Positions 27,413-36,197 of a stretch of 49,241 bases of DNA are shown here, one piece after another (positions within the stretch are counted from its first letter, which is position 1; every line of letters starts with the position of its first letter). The notes under the pieces are model-generated. The model did not search any database. It saw nothing but the letters and a program-made list of their open reading frames with translations, and was not told the origin of the DNA. The stretch lies in NCBI GenBank assembly GCA_039208735.1, contig JBCCQY010000055.1, forward strand, positions 1-49,241, given 5' to 3'. Origin of the DNA: Myxococcota bacterium. Its GTDB lineage: Bacteria; Myxococcota_A; UBA796; GCA-2862545. Position numbers and translations under genes: made by a program.

Positions 27413-27605
27413 ACCTTCTCCACGTTCGTGTACTTGCCGCCGATACCGCGCCGGTCCTGGCTCTCCCTTGGAGAAAGCTTGGAGAAGGGTGGAGCCTTTC
27501 GATCCGTCTTCCGGACGTACGTCTCGAGGTGCGGGGCATCTAAGGCCCCGATGCAACTCGACAGATGCGAGCCCGAGCCGATGAACGAAGGAGTTCCACG
27601 GAGAC

Positions 27606-30600
27606 GTGATGCTGCTTCATTTTTTGGTTGCTTCGTCGCTTGCGTCCGGGCCGGACGTTGAGTTGCGCGCGCGGGGCGCGGACGGACATGCGATTGCCCT
27701 CGTGAAGGGGTCTCCGCACGCCCATGTCGTGGTCATGGCGGGCCAGCAAACCGCCTGCCGCCCCGTCTTGGGTCGACACGGATGCCCGGGGCTCGAGGAG
27801 GCCACGGTGGTCGCGGCCGGCCCGCTGGATGCCAACGGCCGTGGCGCATTCGATCTGTGGCTGCCTGACCTAGCGCCGGGCGATGACCTTGATCTGGTGG
27901 CGGTCGCCCACGCGGCAGCCCGTCCCCAGGGGCCGCCAGTGAGTCATGAGGTGCGGTTCTCGGAGCCGGTTCGCATGGCGATGGGCGGCCCCGATGCCGA
28001 CCGGGACGGGCTCGCGGATGCCCTTGAAGCTCTGCAGGGCAGCCGCCCAGATGAGGCGGACACCGACGGCGGTGGCATTCCGGATGGGATGGAGTTCGCC
28101 CTAGGAACGGACCCTCGAGATCCCGCTGATGAACCTGCGTTCGAGGTCCTGCCTCCGGAGCGTGCCATCGCAGACCTGAACCCCGACTCGGACGGTGACG
28201 GGCTCCTCGACGTGGTCGAGATGACGCAAACCGGAACGCACCCCTACAATGTGGACACCGATGGCGATGGGCTGTCCGATCGAGCCGAGCTGGATTGGTA
28301 CACCGACCCCCTACAGCCCGACACCGATGGCGACGGCCGTCGGGATGGCGATGAGGTGCGGTTCGGCACCGATCCGCGGTTGGCAGATGCCGTAGACACC
28401 TCGGTCGACGACCAAGACACCGATGGTGACGGTCTGCTCGACCGGGCCGAGGTCCTCATTGGGACCGATCCCGACGCCTGGGACACCGACGGTGACGGAA
28501 CGAGCGACGGGGAAGAGATCGGGCGCGGCACGAATCCGAAGGCAGCCCCCATCTCACCGCGGTTGGACGGGGATCTCGATGGGCTCTCGGACCAAGCCGA
28601 ACGCTGGATTGTCGGCACTGACCCCTTGGTCGCAGATACCGATGGCGACGGCTTCATGGACGGCGAAGAGGCCCAGGCCGACTCCGACCCGCTGGATCCG
28701 ACTTCCATCCCGGAAAGCGGCGTACTCTCCTTCGAGTTTGCCCCCCTTCCTGGACACGTCGCGGTCACCGAAGCGGGCGGACGCACGGCCCTTGGCATTG
28801 TCGAAGGAGGCCCTCCGCTCGGCAGTGTGGTGTTCTTCACGGGCCAGCCCTCGAACGAGCCCTTGAGACTTGGAAACCTCGAAGTCGCGGGTGCGGTCCG
28901 CATCCGCGAAGACGGCAAAGCGCTCGTCCATCTGGCCTTCAGTGCGGATGCCGTAGGCTCCGTGCCGGTCCACGCCTTGATCTCAGACGGAGATGGGCGA
29001 TTCGGGTTCACCGAACCGTTCACCGTCCAGGTGTACGACAGTGCCAGCGACCCCGACGGCGACCACCTGGCCTCGACCACCGAGCGGGCCCGGGGACTCA
29101 ATCCCCAGGCCAGCGACAGCGACGGTGGAGGCCGCCCCGATGGGTTCGAACTGGCGATGGGAACCGACCCGTCCGACCCTCGAGACGACGATCAGCTAAG
29201 CGCGGACGTTGATGGCGACGGAATTCCTGATCACCTCGAGATGCGGCGGGGGTGGGGGGTTGACGACATCGATAGCGATGATGATGGGGTACCCGACGGC
29301 CAGGAAGATGCACTGGGCACCAACGCCCTGTCGGCGGATACGGATCACGACCGATTGACCGACGCCGACGAGCTGGCTCGAGGCACGGACCCTCGCATTG
29401 CCGACACCGATGGGGACGAGGTGCTGGATGGCGACGAGGTCTGGTTCGGCACTGACCCGCTGCGTCCCGATTCGCGACCCGACGAAGGGGAGCCCGATAG
29501 CGATGGCGATGGGATTCCCGATGATCTCGAAGCGGGTTTCGGCACGCGACCCGACCTCGCGGACACGGACGGCGACGGGATTGACGATGCGATCGAACTC
29601 GTCGCGGGGACCGATCCTCGTGAGCCGGAGTCTTCGGTTCATGTCGATCAAGATGATGACGGCATTCCTGACGAGGCTGAACGGACCGTGTGGGGCACCG
29701 ATCCGTCGGTGGCCGACTCAGATGGGGACGGGTGGGACGATGGGCTCGAAGTGATCTGGAACACCGATCCCACCGACGCCGACTCGTTTCCCGGCCAACC
29801 CGCCAAAGATCACGACCGCGACGGCGATGGGCTTTCGGATCGTGCGGAACGACTTGCAGGCACCGACCCCGATGATCCCGATACGGACCACGATGGCCTT
29901 CCGGACGGGGCCGAGCTTCAACGCTGGGGTTCGGACCCCCTCAATCCGGATAGCGATAACGGCGGCGTGGCCGACGGTTTCGAAGTCATGGTCAACCAAA
30001 CCCATCCCGTGGACCGCACCGACGACATCATCGATCCGGATGGCGATGCAGACGGAGATGGCCTCACCAACGCCGAAGAACTCCTGGATCACGGTTCGAA
30101 TCCGTATCGTGCCGACACGGACGAAGACGGGCTCGACGATGGCGAGGAAGTCCATAATGTTGGCTCCTCACCAATCTTCGCCGATACGGACGGGGACGAG
30201 ATCTACGACCGCGACGAGGTCGAACTCTACCTGACCGACCCCAACCGAACAGACACGGACGGTGGCGGGGCCGACGACTGGGACGAATTGTTCCTTTTCG
30301 GTTCGGATCCCACGCTTGCCGGCGATGACTGCGGAGGCGTTCCCTATCAAGACAGTGACGGTGACAAGCTCTGTGACGCTTACGAACTCGAACGGTACGA
30401 TACCGACCCCTTCAGCGCCGACACCGATGGGGGCATCCGAGACGATTACACCGAGATTCGATCGGGTCTTGATCCCCTGTTCTTCGATGATGATTATTGG
30501 TATCGGATGTGGCTTGGCGCTCGAGATTCCGATGGCGACTCGGTCTCAGATGGGGGCGAAGAAGTGGGGCCGCTTGGCGGGCGCATGTTTAGTCTCGATG

Positions 30601-31865
30601 GCGATCGGGATAGCCTACCGGACGCTTGGGAAGCCCACGCGTCGAAGACCCCCGGCGGAATTCCTGATTCCGACGAGGACGGCCTGTCGGACCTCGAAGA
30701 GTGGATTTTTCGCACCGACCCGTTGTGGGGCGATACCGATGGGGGCGGCTTCAACGACTACATCGAGGTGTACTGGCACGGGACGAACCCCCGAGATCCC
30801 GAAGATGACCTCGATGGGACCGGCCTCGACAGTGACCAAGATGGTCTGTCGGATTGGGAAGAGCGGACCATGTATTACACGGATCCCTTCGTCAAGGACA
30901 CCGATGGCGGTGGGGTGCCCGATGGGGTTGAAGTTGCGATGTTCATGCGCGACTACCGGTACATCCAAAAGACGACGCGAACCCACGATTACCTCGAGAA
31001 TGCGGATCGTAGCCGGGTTCGACCCTGGGAATGGGTGGATGAAACGCCGCATGACTTCAATTTCGTACGCCCGGTCATTCAGCCCGGCCGGGACCTTGGC
31101 GACCACCGATGCACCACGCAATTCCTCGCTCGATCGGGGTACGCGGCGCCGATGGATGGCTCACGTCCCCGCTGTGCCACCCAACCGCTCGACCCCCACG
31201 ACGACGGTGGGGTCGATGACGTTGCCGCCACAGACACCGACCGCGATGGGTTGTCGGACTGGGTGGAGGTCGAAGTGTTCGGCACCCGACCCACATCGGA
31301 GCACACGGACTCTCGGTTCCGCGTCGAGGGCACAATCTATATGCCCGGGGACGGCGTTGAAGACTGGACGGAACTCTACCTGTTCCACCGAACCTCAGAT
31401 CCGCTCAACCCGAACACGGGCTACGTCCATCGCGTGACTGAACTCACTGAAATGAGTCACAGCGACGACATCGAGTACGCCCAGTTTTCGAACCCGCGCC
31501 GCTTGGATTCCGACGAAGATGGACTGCTCGACCGGTTTGAGGTGCGGTGGGGAGCCTATCCATTCGATCCCGATACCGACAACGATGGCGTGAGCGACGG
31601 GGAAGAGATTCTCGGCCGCCCTCAGTCGGATGCACGAGACCCGTGTGACCCGAATCCTCATCACCGCATGTGTGCGATTCGGCCGGTGTGCTTCCCGGTG
31701 AATAGCCGCAACGCCTGTCCCTATCCGTGGAGCACGACGGAACCGTGGGAGAATACGGTGAATGGTCCGGTGGTAGGGTATCGCACCTACTGGGACCGCG
31801 AAGAGTCCCGTCTGCGAGTGGGGGAACCGATTCCCGAGCGGCGATGGCATCCCCCCGAAGATTGA
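27606..31865 (+). CDS. Large secreted acidic protein with many bacterial thrombospondin type-3-like (DTDGDG...E...GTDP) Ca-binding repeats
   Basis: Signal-peptide-like N-terminus (MLLHFLVASSLA); dozens of D[TS]DGDGxxDxxE...GT[DN]P units; two copies of a non-repeat beta-domain. Confidence 0.85.
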   Translation: MMLLHFLVASSLASGPDVELRARGADGHAIALVKGSPHAHVVVMAGQQTACRPVLGRHGCPGLEEATVVAAGPLDANGRGAFDLWLPDLAPGDDLDLVAVAHAAARPQGPPVSHEVRFSEPVRMAMGGPDADRDGLADALEALQGSRPDEADTDGGGIPDGMEFALGTDPRDPADEPAFEVLPPERAIADLNPDSDGDGLLDVVEMTQTGTHPYNVDTDGDGLSDRAELDWYTDPLQPDTDGDGRRDGDEVRFGTDPRLADAVDTSVDDQDTDGDGLLDRAEVLIGTDPDAWDTDGDGTSDGEEIGRGTNPKAAPISPRLDGDLDGLSDQAERWIVGTDPLVADTDGDGFMDGEEAQADSDPLDPTSIPESGVLSFEFAPLPGHVAVTEAGGRTALGIVEGGPPLGSVVFFTGQPSNEPLRLGNLEVAGAVRIREDGKALVHLAFSADAVGSVPVHALISDGDGRFGFTEPFTVQVYDSASDPDGDHLASTTERARGLNPQASDSDGGGRPDGFELAMGTDPSDPRDDDQLSADVDGDGIPDHLEMRRGWGVDDIDSDDDGVPDGQEDALGTNALSADTDHDRLTDADELARGTDPRIADTDGDEVLDGDEVWFGTDPLRPDSRPDEGEPDSDGDGIPDDLEAGFGTRPDLADTDGDGIDDAIELVAGTDPREPESSVHVDQDDDGIPDEAERTVWGTDPSVADSDGDGWDDGLEVIWNTDPTDADSFPGQPAKDHDRDGDGLSDRAERLAGTDPDDPDTDHDGLPDGAELQRWGSDPLNPDSDNGGVADGFEVMVNQTHPVDRTDDIIDPDGDADGDGLTNAEELLDHGSNPYRADTDEDGLDDGEEVHNVGSSPIFADTDGDEIYDRDEVELYLTDPNRTDTDGGGADDWDELFLFGSDPTLAGDDCGGVPYQDSDGDKLCDAYELERYDTDPFSADTDGGIRDDYTEIRSGLDPLFFDDDYWYRMWLGARDSDGDSVSDGGEEVGPLGGRMFSLDGDRDSLPDAWEAHASKTPGGIPDSDEDGLSDLEEWIFRTDPLWGDTDGGGFNDYIEVYWHGTNPRDPEDDLDGTGLDSDQDGLSDWEERTMYYTDPFVKDTDGGGVPDGVEVAMFMRDYRYIQKTTRTHDYLENADRSRVRPWEWVDETPHDFNFVRPVIQPGRDLGDHRCTTQFLARSGYAAPMDGSRPRCATQPLDPHDDGGVDDVAATDTDRDGLSDWVEVEVFGTRPTSEHTDSRFRVEGTIYMPGDGVEDWTELYLFHRTSDPLNPNTGYVHRVTELTEMSHSDDIEYAQFSNPRRLDSDEDGLLDRFEVRWGAYPFDPDTDNDGVSDGEEILGRPQSDARDPCDPNPHHRMCAIRPVCFPVNSRNACPYPWSTTEPWENTVNGPVVGYRTYWDREESRLRVGEPIPERRWHPPED

Positions 31866-32057
31866 GCCCGTGCGGGTAGCGGGCCGCCGCTGGTACCGAT
31901 GATCAAGGAAACTAGTACTGATCAAATCAGTTACCGCTGAAAATTGCTCTTCAAGCTTGTTTATAAATGCTACCAAAGAAGTGTCGGTTCGGTAACCTTG
32001 GTCTTGCTCTCGTGCTTCAGCGTCAGCTATGTCGGGCTCGTCAAGGAGAGAGTCCCC

Positions 32058-33503
32058 ATGAAAAATGCTGCGAGCGCCATCCTTTTCGGATGCGCACTTC
32101 TCATCTCGTCCTCGGCGGCCGCAAACGAAATCGTGATCGACTTCGAAGGCATCGCGCCCGACACCCGGGTCGATGCCAACGCTTCGCCGCTGGTGATTTC
32201 GACGAGCCAGGGCAACGTTGAAATCGACGCGCCGGACACCAATACGGCTGTCAATCCGCTCAATATCTTCGATGCCGACTGCGGTGGTGGCGATGCATCG
32301 AATTGCACGGGCAACGACCCCGACTTGTTTGCGCCGCAACAAGGCAACGTCTTGATCGTTCAAGACGAGACCAACGCGAGCCAACCCGATGATGAAGATG
32401 CTGCGGCAACCTTCTTCTTCGACTTCAGCCACCTCGCTTGTGAAGAGATCGAGGTTCTCGGGTTCGTGTCGATCGACGCGACGGGCACCTCGTACTCGAC
32501 CGACCCTTCGGCGCTGCCCGGCATGTTCACCGACGCAAACCTTGGCAACCTCGAGGATGGCTACGTCGGCACGTTCACCGGCGTGATCCCGCTGCCTTAC
32601 GACATCTTCCAGCTTCGCATCGACGACTCGGGTGCGATCGATGACATCAAGATCAACTGCATCCCTGAAAACGACTCGTTCCTGAAGTTCGACCCTGCCG
32701 CGCAGAGCATTCTCGCGGGTCAGGCGGGGTTCAACTTTCATCTGCAGATGGGCAACCCCGGTGGGTTCCCCAATGCGGCATGGTCGGATGCCGAGTTGGC
32801 GTGTGACACGCAGCCCCTTGAGGATCTTGGTCTTGTGATCGACCTTCCCGGCATCAACCTCGGACGCTTCGCCAACGTGGCGACCGACGTGGGTGTGGAC
32901 AGCGAGTTGGTGCTCAGCGGTCTTGCGCAGCCGGTGATCAACGGCCAGTTCTTCGACGTCAACATCCCGGCCGACACGTCAGGCCTTGCCACGGGCGATT
33001 ACCAGCTCGACTGCACGCTTTACGTGCCGGGTGCGGCGCCTTACACCGCGACGTTTGACTTGAACATCCGCACGCAGGGCAACCAGAGCGGCGGGCCAGT
33101 CAACCAGGACACCGAGGCCGAAATCGGCTTCACCCAGTCGAGCCCGGTGAACTCGAACGCTAGCCAGTGGTACGACACCCTCCACGTGCCGGTCGAGTAC
33201 AGCAATTTGATGCCCAACACCATTGATGGCCACGAAATCACCTGCGTGCTTTCGACCACCGGCGACGCCTACATCACCAACGCCCAGGCCTGGGGCGGTT
33301 TCAGCACGGTGAGCGTGAGCGCCGACGGGACGACCGCCACCTTCTCGGGTGCCACGACGCTGCAGAGCTTCCAGAACCGCAACCTGCAGCTTGTGATCGA
33401 TGGTTTGTACCAGGACACCAACACCTCGGTGACCTGCACCATCGATTGGCTTGACGACGGCATGATGGAGTCGGACTCGGCGACGCTGGCGATCAATAAT
33501 TAA
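32058..33503 (+). CDS. Secreted acidic beta-rich protein of unknown function
   Basis: ATG 32058 after AAGGAGAG; signal peptide MKNAASAILFGCALLISSSAAA; CTGNDPDL...GNVLIVQ...PDD segment; Ig-like C-terminal parts. The track start at 31944 runs through the AT-rich intergenic region and is unlikely. Confidence 0.8.
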   Translation: MKNAASAILFGCALLISSSAAANEIVIDFEGIAPDTRVDANASPLVISTSQGNVEIDAPDTNTAVNPLNIFDADCGGGDASNCTGNDPDLFAPQQGNVLIVQDETNASQPDDEDAAATFFFDFSHLACEEIEVLGFVSIDATGTSYSTDPSALPGMFTDANLGNLEDGYVGTFTGVIPLPYDIFQLRIDDSGAIDDIKINCIPENDSFLKFDPAAQSILAGQAGFNFHLQMGNPGGFPNAAWSDAELACDTQPLEDLGLVIDLPGINLGRFANVATDVGVDSELVLSGLAQPVINGQFFDVNIPADTSGLATGDYQLDCTLYVPGAAPYTATFDLNIRTQGNQSGGPVNQDTEAEIGFTQSSPVNSNASQWYDTLHVPVEYSNLMPNTIDGHEITCVLSTTGDAYITNAQAWGGFSTVSVSADGTTATFSGATTLQSFQNRNLQLVIDGLYQDTNTSVTCTIDWLDDGMMESDSATLAINN

Positions 33504-33506
33504 TCA

Positions 33507-33572
33507 GCCTGCAGGCGCGTAAGCGCCGAAGGCTGACCCGCGTAGGCCTGCAGGCGCGTAAGCGCCGAAGGC
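33507..33572. repeat. Two copies of a 27-bp palindromic REP-like element (GCCTGCAGGCGCGTAAGCGCCGAAGGC)
   Basis: Copies at 33507-33533 and 33546-33572. Each has a GGCGC-GTAA-GCGCC hairpin; the second is preceded by GTAG. Confidence 0.85.
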
Positions 33573-33664
33573 CAGCGGGCCCATCGCGGCCCGGCAAGGC
33601 CAGCGGGCCCATCGCGGCCCGGCAAGGCCAGCGGGCCCATCGCCGCCCGGCAAGGCCAGCGGGC
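33568..33664. repeat. Tandem 28-bp repeat, about 3.5 copies (AAGGCCAGCGGGCCCATCGCGGCCCGGC)
   Basis: Units at 33568, 33596, 33624 (one mismatch) and a partial at 33652. Internal CGGGCC/GGCCCG inverted repeat; no spacers. Confidence 0.9.
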
Positions 33665-33867
33665 TTAAGCTCCCATCTCCGGTCGGCATGTTCGGCCGGA
33701 GATTTCTGGGTTGGTGGTGCGGTGCCGTCCTGCGGCCCTAGCTCGCCTGAGCGCCGAGGTGGTTTGCCTCATCGTGCCGTAATGTGTTTCGGACGTTTGC
33801 CCATCGGGGCTCGTCGGGGCTCCATCCAATGAGGTCACCCTGAAGGGGCCCATCGGGAGGAGGTTCG

Positions 33868-34914
33868 ATGAGCGGAATCGTGCGCATGGCGGCGGTAGGC
33901 TGCGTACTGGTTGGGTGTTCGCGAGAGTTCGGCGTCACTGGCCGGCCCCCGGGGGAGAACGTCCCGCTCCCCGAAGGCGAGGAAGGCCAGTTTCGAACCG
34001 ATGTCATCGTACAGGCCGCGACGCCCGCGGTCGATGTGCTGTGGACGATCGACAATTCAGGTTCCATGAACTGCATTGTGGGGTGCCACGGCGGATCTGC
34101 GAATTCGGATTTCGTACGGGTGACCGATGAGTTCGACACGTTCATGGAGCGACTGGATGGCTCGGGCCTCGACTACCACATTGGAGTCATCACCACGGAC
34201 ATGACCCGCGGCGGCGCCCTCGTTTCCTGGGACGGGCAACGATGGATCGATGAGAACACAGCCGATCCGGTCGAGACGTTTACCGACCTTGCACTTTCGG
34301 TTGGAACGTGGGGCTCCGACAAAGAAATGGGTTTCGGTACCACCTTTCTCGCGCACGAGGACCAAGGAAATGAAACGAACAAGGGATTCTTTCGCGCGGA
34401 TGCCTCCCTGCACACCATCGTGTTTGCCAACGAAGACGACCAAACCCCGTCGACCGTCGTGAGCGCGGAGGAGTTCGAGGGGTGGTACGGCGGACTCCGG
34501 CCTCAGCAGGAGCGGACGTTCAACAGCATCGTGTGCCTGACGGGAAACGCATCACGCACCACTCCCTGCCTAAGTCGCAACGTTCGCTATCTAGAGGCAA
34601 CTCAAGCCATTGGCGGCATCACGTGGGACATCGTTTCCGAGGACTACGGCACGCTCGTCGAGGAACTGGCGCTCCAGGCGGTCGCACAGGGTCGCGAGTT
34701 CTTTCTCTCTGCGGCTCCGGTGCCGTCGACCATCGAGGTGTGGGTCGAGATGCCAGATGGTGAGAAGGTTCCGCTTTCGCCTCGAGTCCCTCGTCCGTCT
34801 GGTGAGCTTGCCGGAGACTGGGTCTACGTGCCGGTTCGCAACAGCATTCGTCTCGATGGGGACTACCGGGTGCCCGCGCTGGCGAAGATCATGATTCGGT
34901 ACGCGACGGCATGA
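33868..34914 (+). CDS. vWA-domain lipoprotein
   Basis: GGAGG RBS; lipobox VLVGC; MIDAS motif VDVLWTIDNSGSM; DYHIGVITTD, FFRADASL...EDDQ. Confidence 0.85.
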   Translation: MSGIVRMAAVGCVLVGCSREFGVTGRPPGENVPLPEGEEGQFRTDVIVQAATPAVDVLWTIDNSGSMNCIVGCHGGSANSDFVRVTDEFDTFMERLDGSGLDYHIGVITTDMTRGGALVSWDGQRWIDENTADPVETFTDLALSVGTWGSDKEMGFGTTFLAHEDQGNETNKGFFRADASLHTIVFANEDDQTPSTVVSAEEFEGWYGGLRPQQERTFNSIVCLTGNASRTTPCLSRNVRYLEATQAIGGITWDIVSEDYGTLVEELALQAVAQGREFFLSAAPVPSTIEVWVEMPDGEKVPLSPRVPRPSGELAGDWVYVPVRNSIRLDGDYRVPALAKIMIRYATA

Positions 34915-34921
34915 ACCACGA

Positions 34922-34974
34922 GCGGGCAACGTGGTTGACCTTTCGTTGCCCGCCGCCTGAGCCCACGGCTCAGG
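34922..34974. promoter_or_regulatory. Two adjacent perfect inverted repeats upstream of the ECF sigma gene
   Basis: GCGGGCAACG (34922-34931) pairs with CGTTGCCCGC (34944-34953). CCTGAGCC (34956-34963) pairs with GGCTCAGG (34967-34974). No U-tract, so function is uncertain. Confidence 0.45.
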
Positions 34975-34996
34975 TGGGACGAGGGAGAGGATTGTC

Positions 34997-35539
34997 ATGA
35001 CACGTCCCATCGCCCCGGTTCGGCCCGGCCCCGATCTTCAGCTCATCGAAGGCGGAATGGGACCGTTGTATGAGCGGTATCGGGGGCTCATCCTTCGGCG
35101 GGTGTCCCGATTCGCGCGGGGAGAGATTGCCGAGGAACTCGCACAGGAGGCGTTCACCGTGGCCATGGCCCGGTGGAGTCAATTCCGAGGGGAGACATCG
35201 CGGATCTCCTGGCTGTACCAGATTGCGACTAGGATCGGTCTGCACCACGTGCGGGACCTCAAGCGGCGTCGGGTGCTGCTTGAAACGCATGGTCCGCCCG
35301 ACTGGGCGGTGGGTGTTCACGAGTCGAGCGTGGACGCTCGGATCTTCCTCAATCAGGTTTGGTCGACGCTCGACGAGGAACTCACCGAAATTGGTGTCTA
35401 CCACTATTTGGATGGGATGACGCACGCCGAAATTGCGCGAATGATGCGTGTTTCGCGGCGCACCATCGGCAATCGCATCGCCACTTTGGTCGCGCTTGTG
35501 AAGGCTGCCGCGACCGTGGAGGACTCCCGTGGGTATTGA
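34997..35539 (+). CDS. ECF-family RNA polymerase sigma-70 factor
   Basis: Region 2: LYERYRGLILRR...AEELAQEAF...FRGE...SWLYQIATRIGL. Region 4: YLDGMTHAEIARMMRVSRRTIGNRI. Confidence 0.93.
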   Translation: MTRPIAPVRPGPDLQLIEGGMGPLYERYRGLILRRVSRFARGEIAEELAQEAFTVAMARWSQFRGETSRISWLYQIATRIGLHHVRDLKRRRVLLETHGPPDWAVGVHESSVDARIFLNQVWSTLDEELTEIGVYHYLDGMTHAEIARMMRVSRRTIGNRIATLVALVKAAATVEDSRGY

Positions 35540-36197
35540 TCCAATTGCCCGCTCCGGCCATCTGACGGACCTCGGGATCGAAGCCTTGGCGCTTGGCACG
35601 TTGAGCCCGTCGGCACTGCGTCGGGTGCATCGCCACGCTCGGGATTGCCCGCTATGCCAAGCCCGGCTTGCGGAGCTTGGCCTCGAAGTGCCTGACGCTC
35701 CGCCGCGGCGGTGGGTAGCGCCTGTGGTCACGCTGGGCAGTCTCGCGGCGGCCTTGGCCCTTTGGGTGGGACGGCCTGCGGACCCCTCCGATTTCCGACC
35801 CAAGGGAGGCGAGGTGTTGCTCGAGGTGTGGGTCCACGACGGAGTAGAGGCCAACCTGCTCGGGCCCGAAGAGGCGGTGGGGCAAGGCGAACGTCTCGGC
35901 TTTCGCCTCGATCTGGATGAGTCGGCCTACGTCATGGTGGTTGCCGTCGACGAGCAACACGATCGTGCCGTCGTCTTCCCGCGGTTGGGCGACGCCGCCA
36001 CGTGGGTGGAAGCCAACGAGCCGGGGCTCCTCCCGGTGGCGGTGGTCCTCGATGATTCGGAAGGCGCGGAATGGTTCCACAGCGTCGTCTGTCCCGATCC
36101 GTTCGAACTCGATGAGGCGTTGGCCGTGATCGAGACCTTGGTGAACCGAGATTGTGTGGTTCAATCGAGGCAAGTGCGACGCGCAGGGGAGGAGTGA
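35529..36197 (+). CDS. Zinc-binding anti-sigma factor (ZAS/zf-HC2) with one TM helix and a periplasmic DUF4384-like domain
   Basis: H...HARDCPLC (HxxxCxxC), hydrophobic VVTLGSLAAALALWV, then FRPKGG and GERLGFRL...YVMVVAVD...VVLDDSEGAE. Confidence 0.85.
   Translation: MGIDPIARSGHLTDLGIEALALGTLSPSALRRVHRHARDCPLCQARLAELGLEVPDAPPRRWVAPVVTLGSLAAALALWVGRPADPSDFRPKGGEVLLEVWVHDGVEANLLGPEEAVGQGERLGFRLDLDESAYVMVVAVDEQHDRAVVFPRLGDAATWVEANEPGLLPVAVVLDDSEGAEWFHSVVCPDPFELDEALAVIETLVNRDCVVQSRQVRRAGEE

Noticed and set aside
33507..33664. Possible CRISPR array (27-28-bp palindromic repeats)
   Set aside because: The 28-bp units are head-to-tail with no unique spacers, the two 27-bp copies are only 12 bp apart, and no cas genes are in the window.
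33868..34914. Naming the vWA lipoprotein as the gliding-motility protein CglB
   Set aside because: It shares only the generic lipobox and MIDAS features; orthology cannot be shown from the sequence alone.
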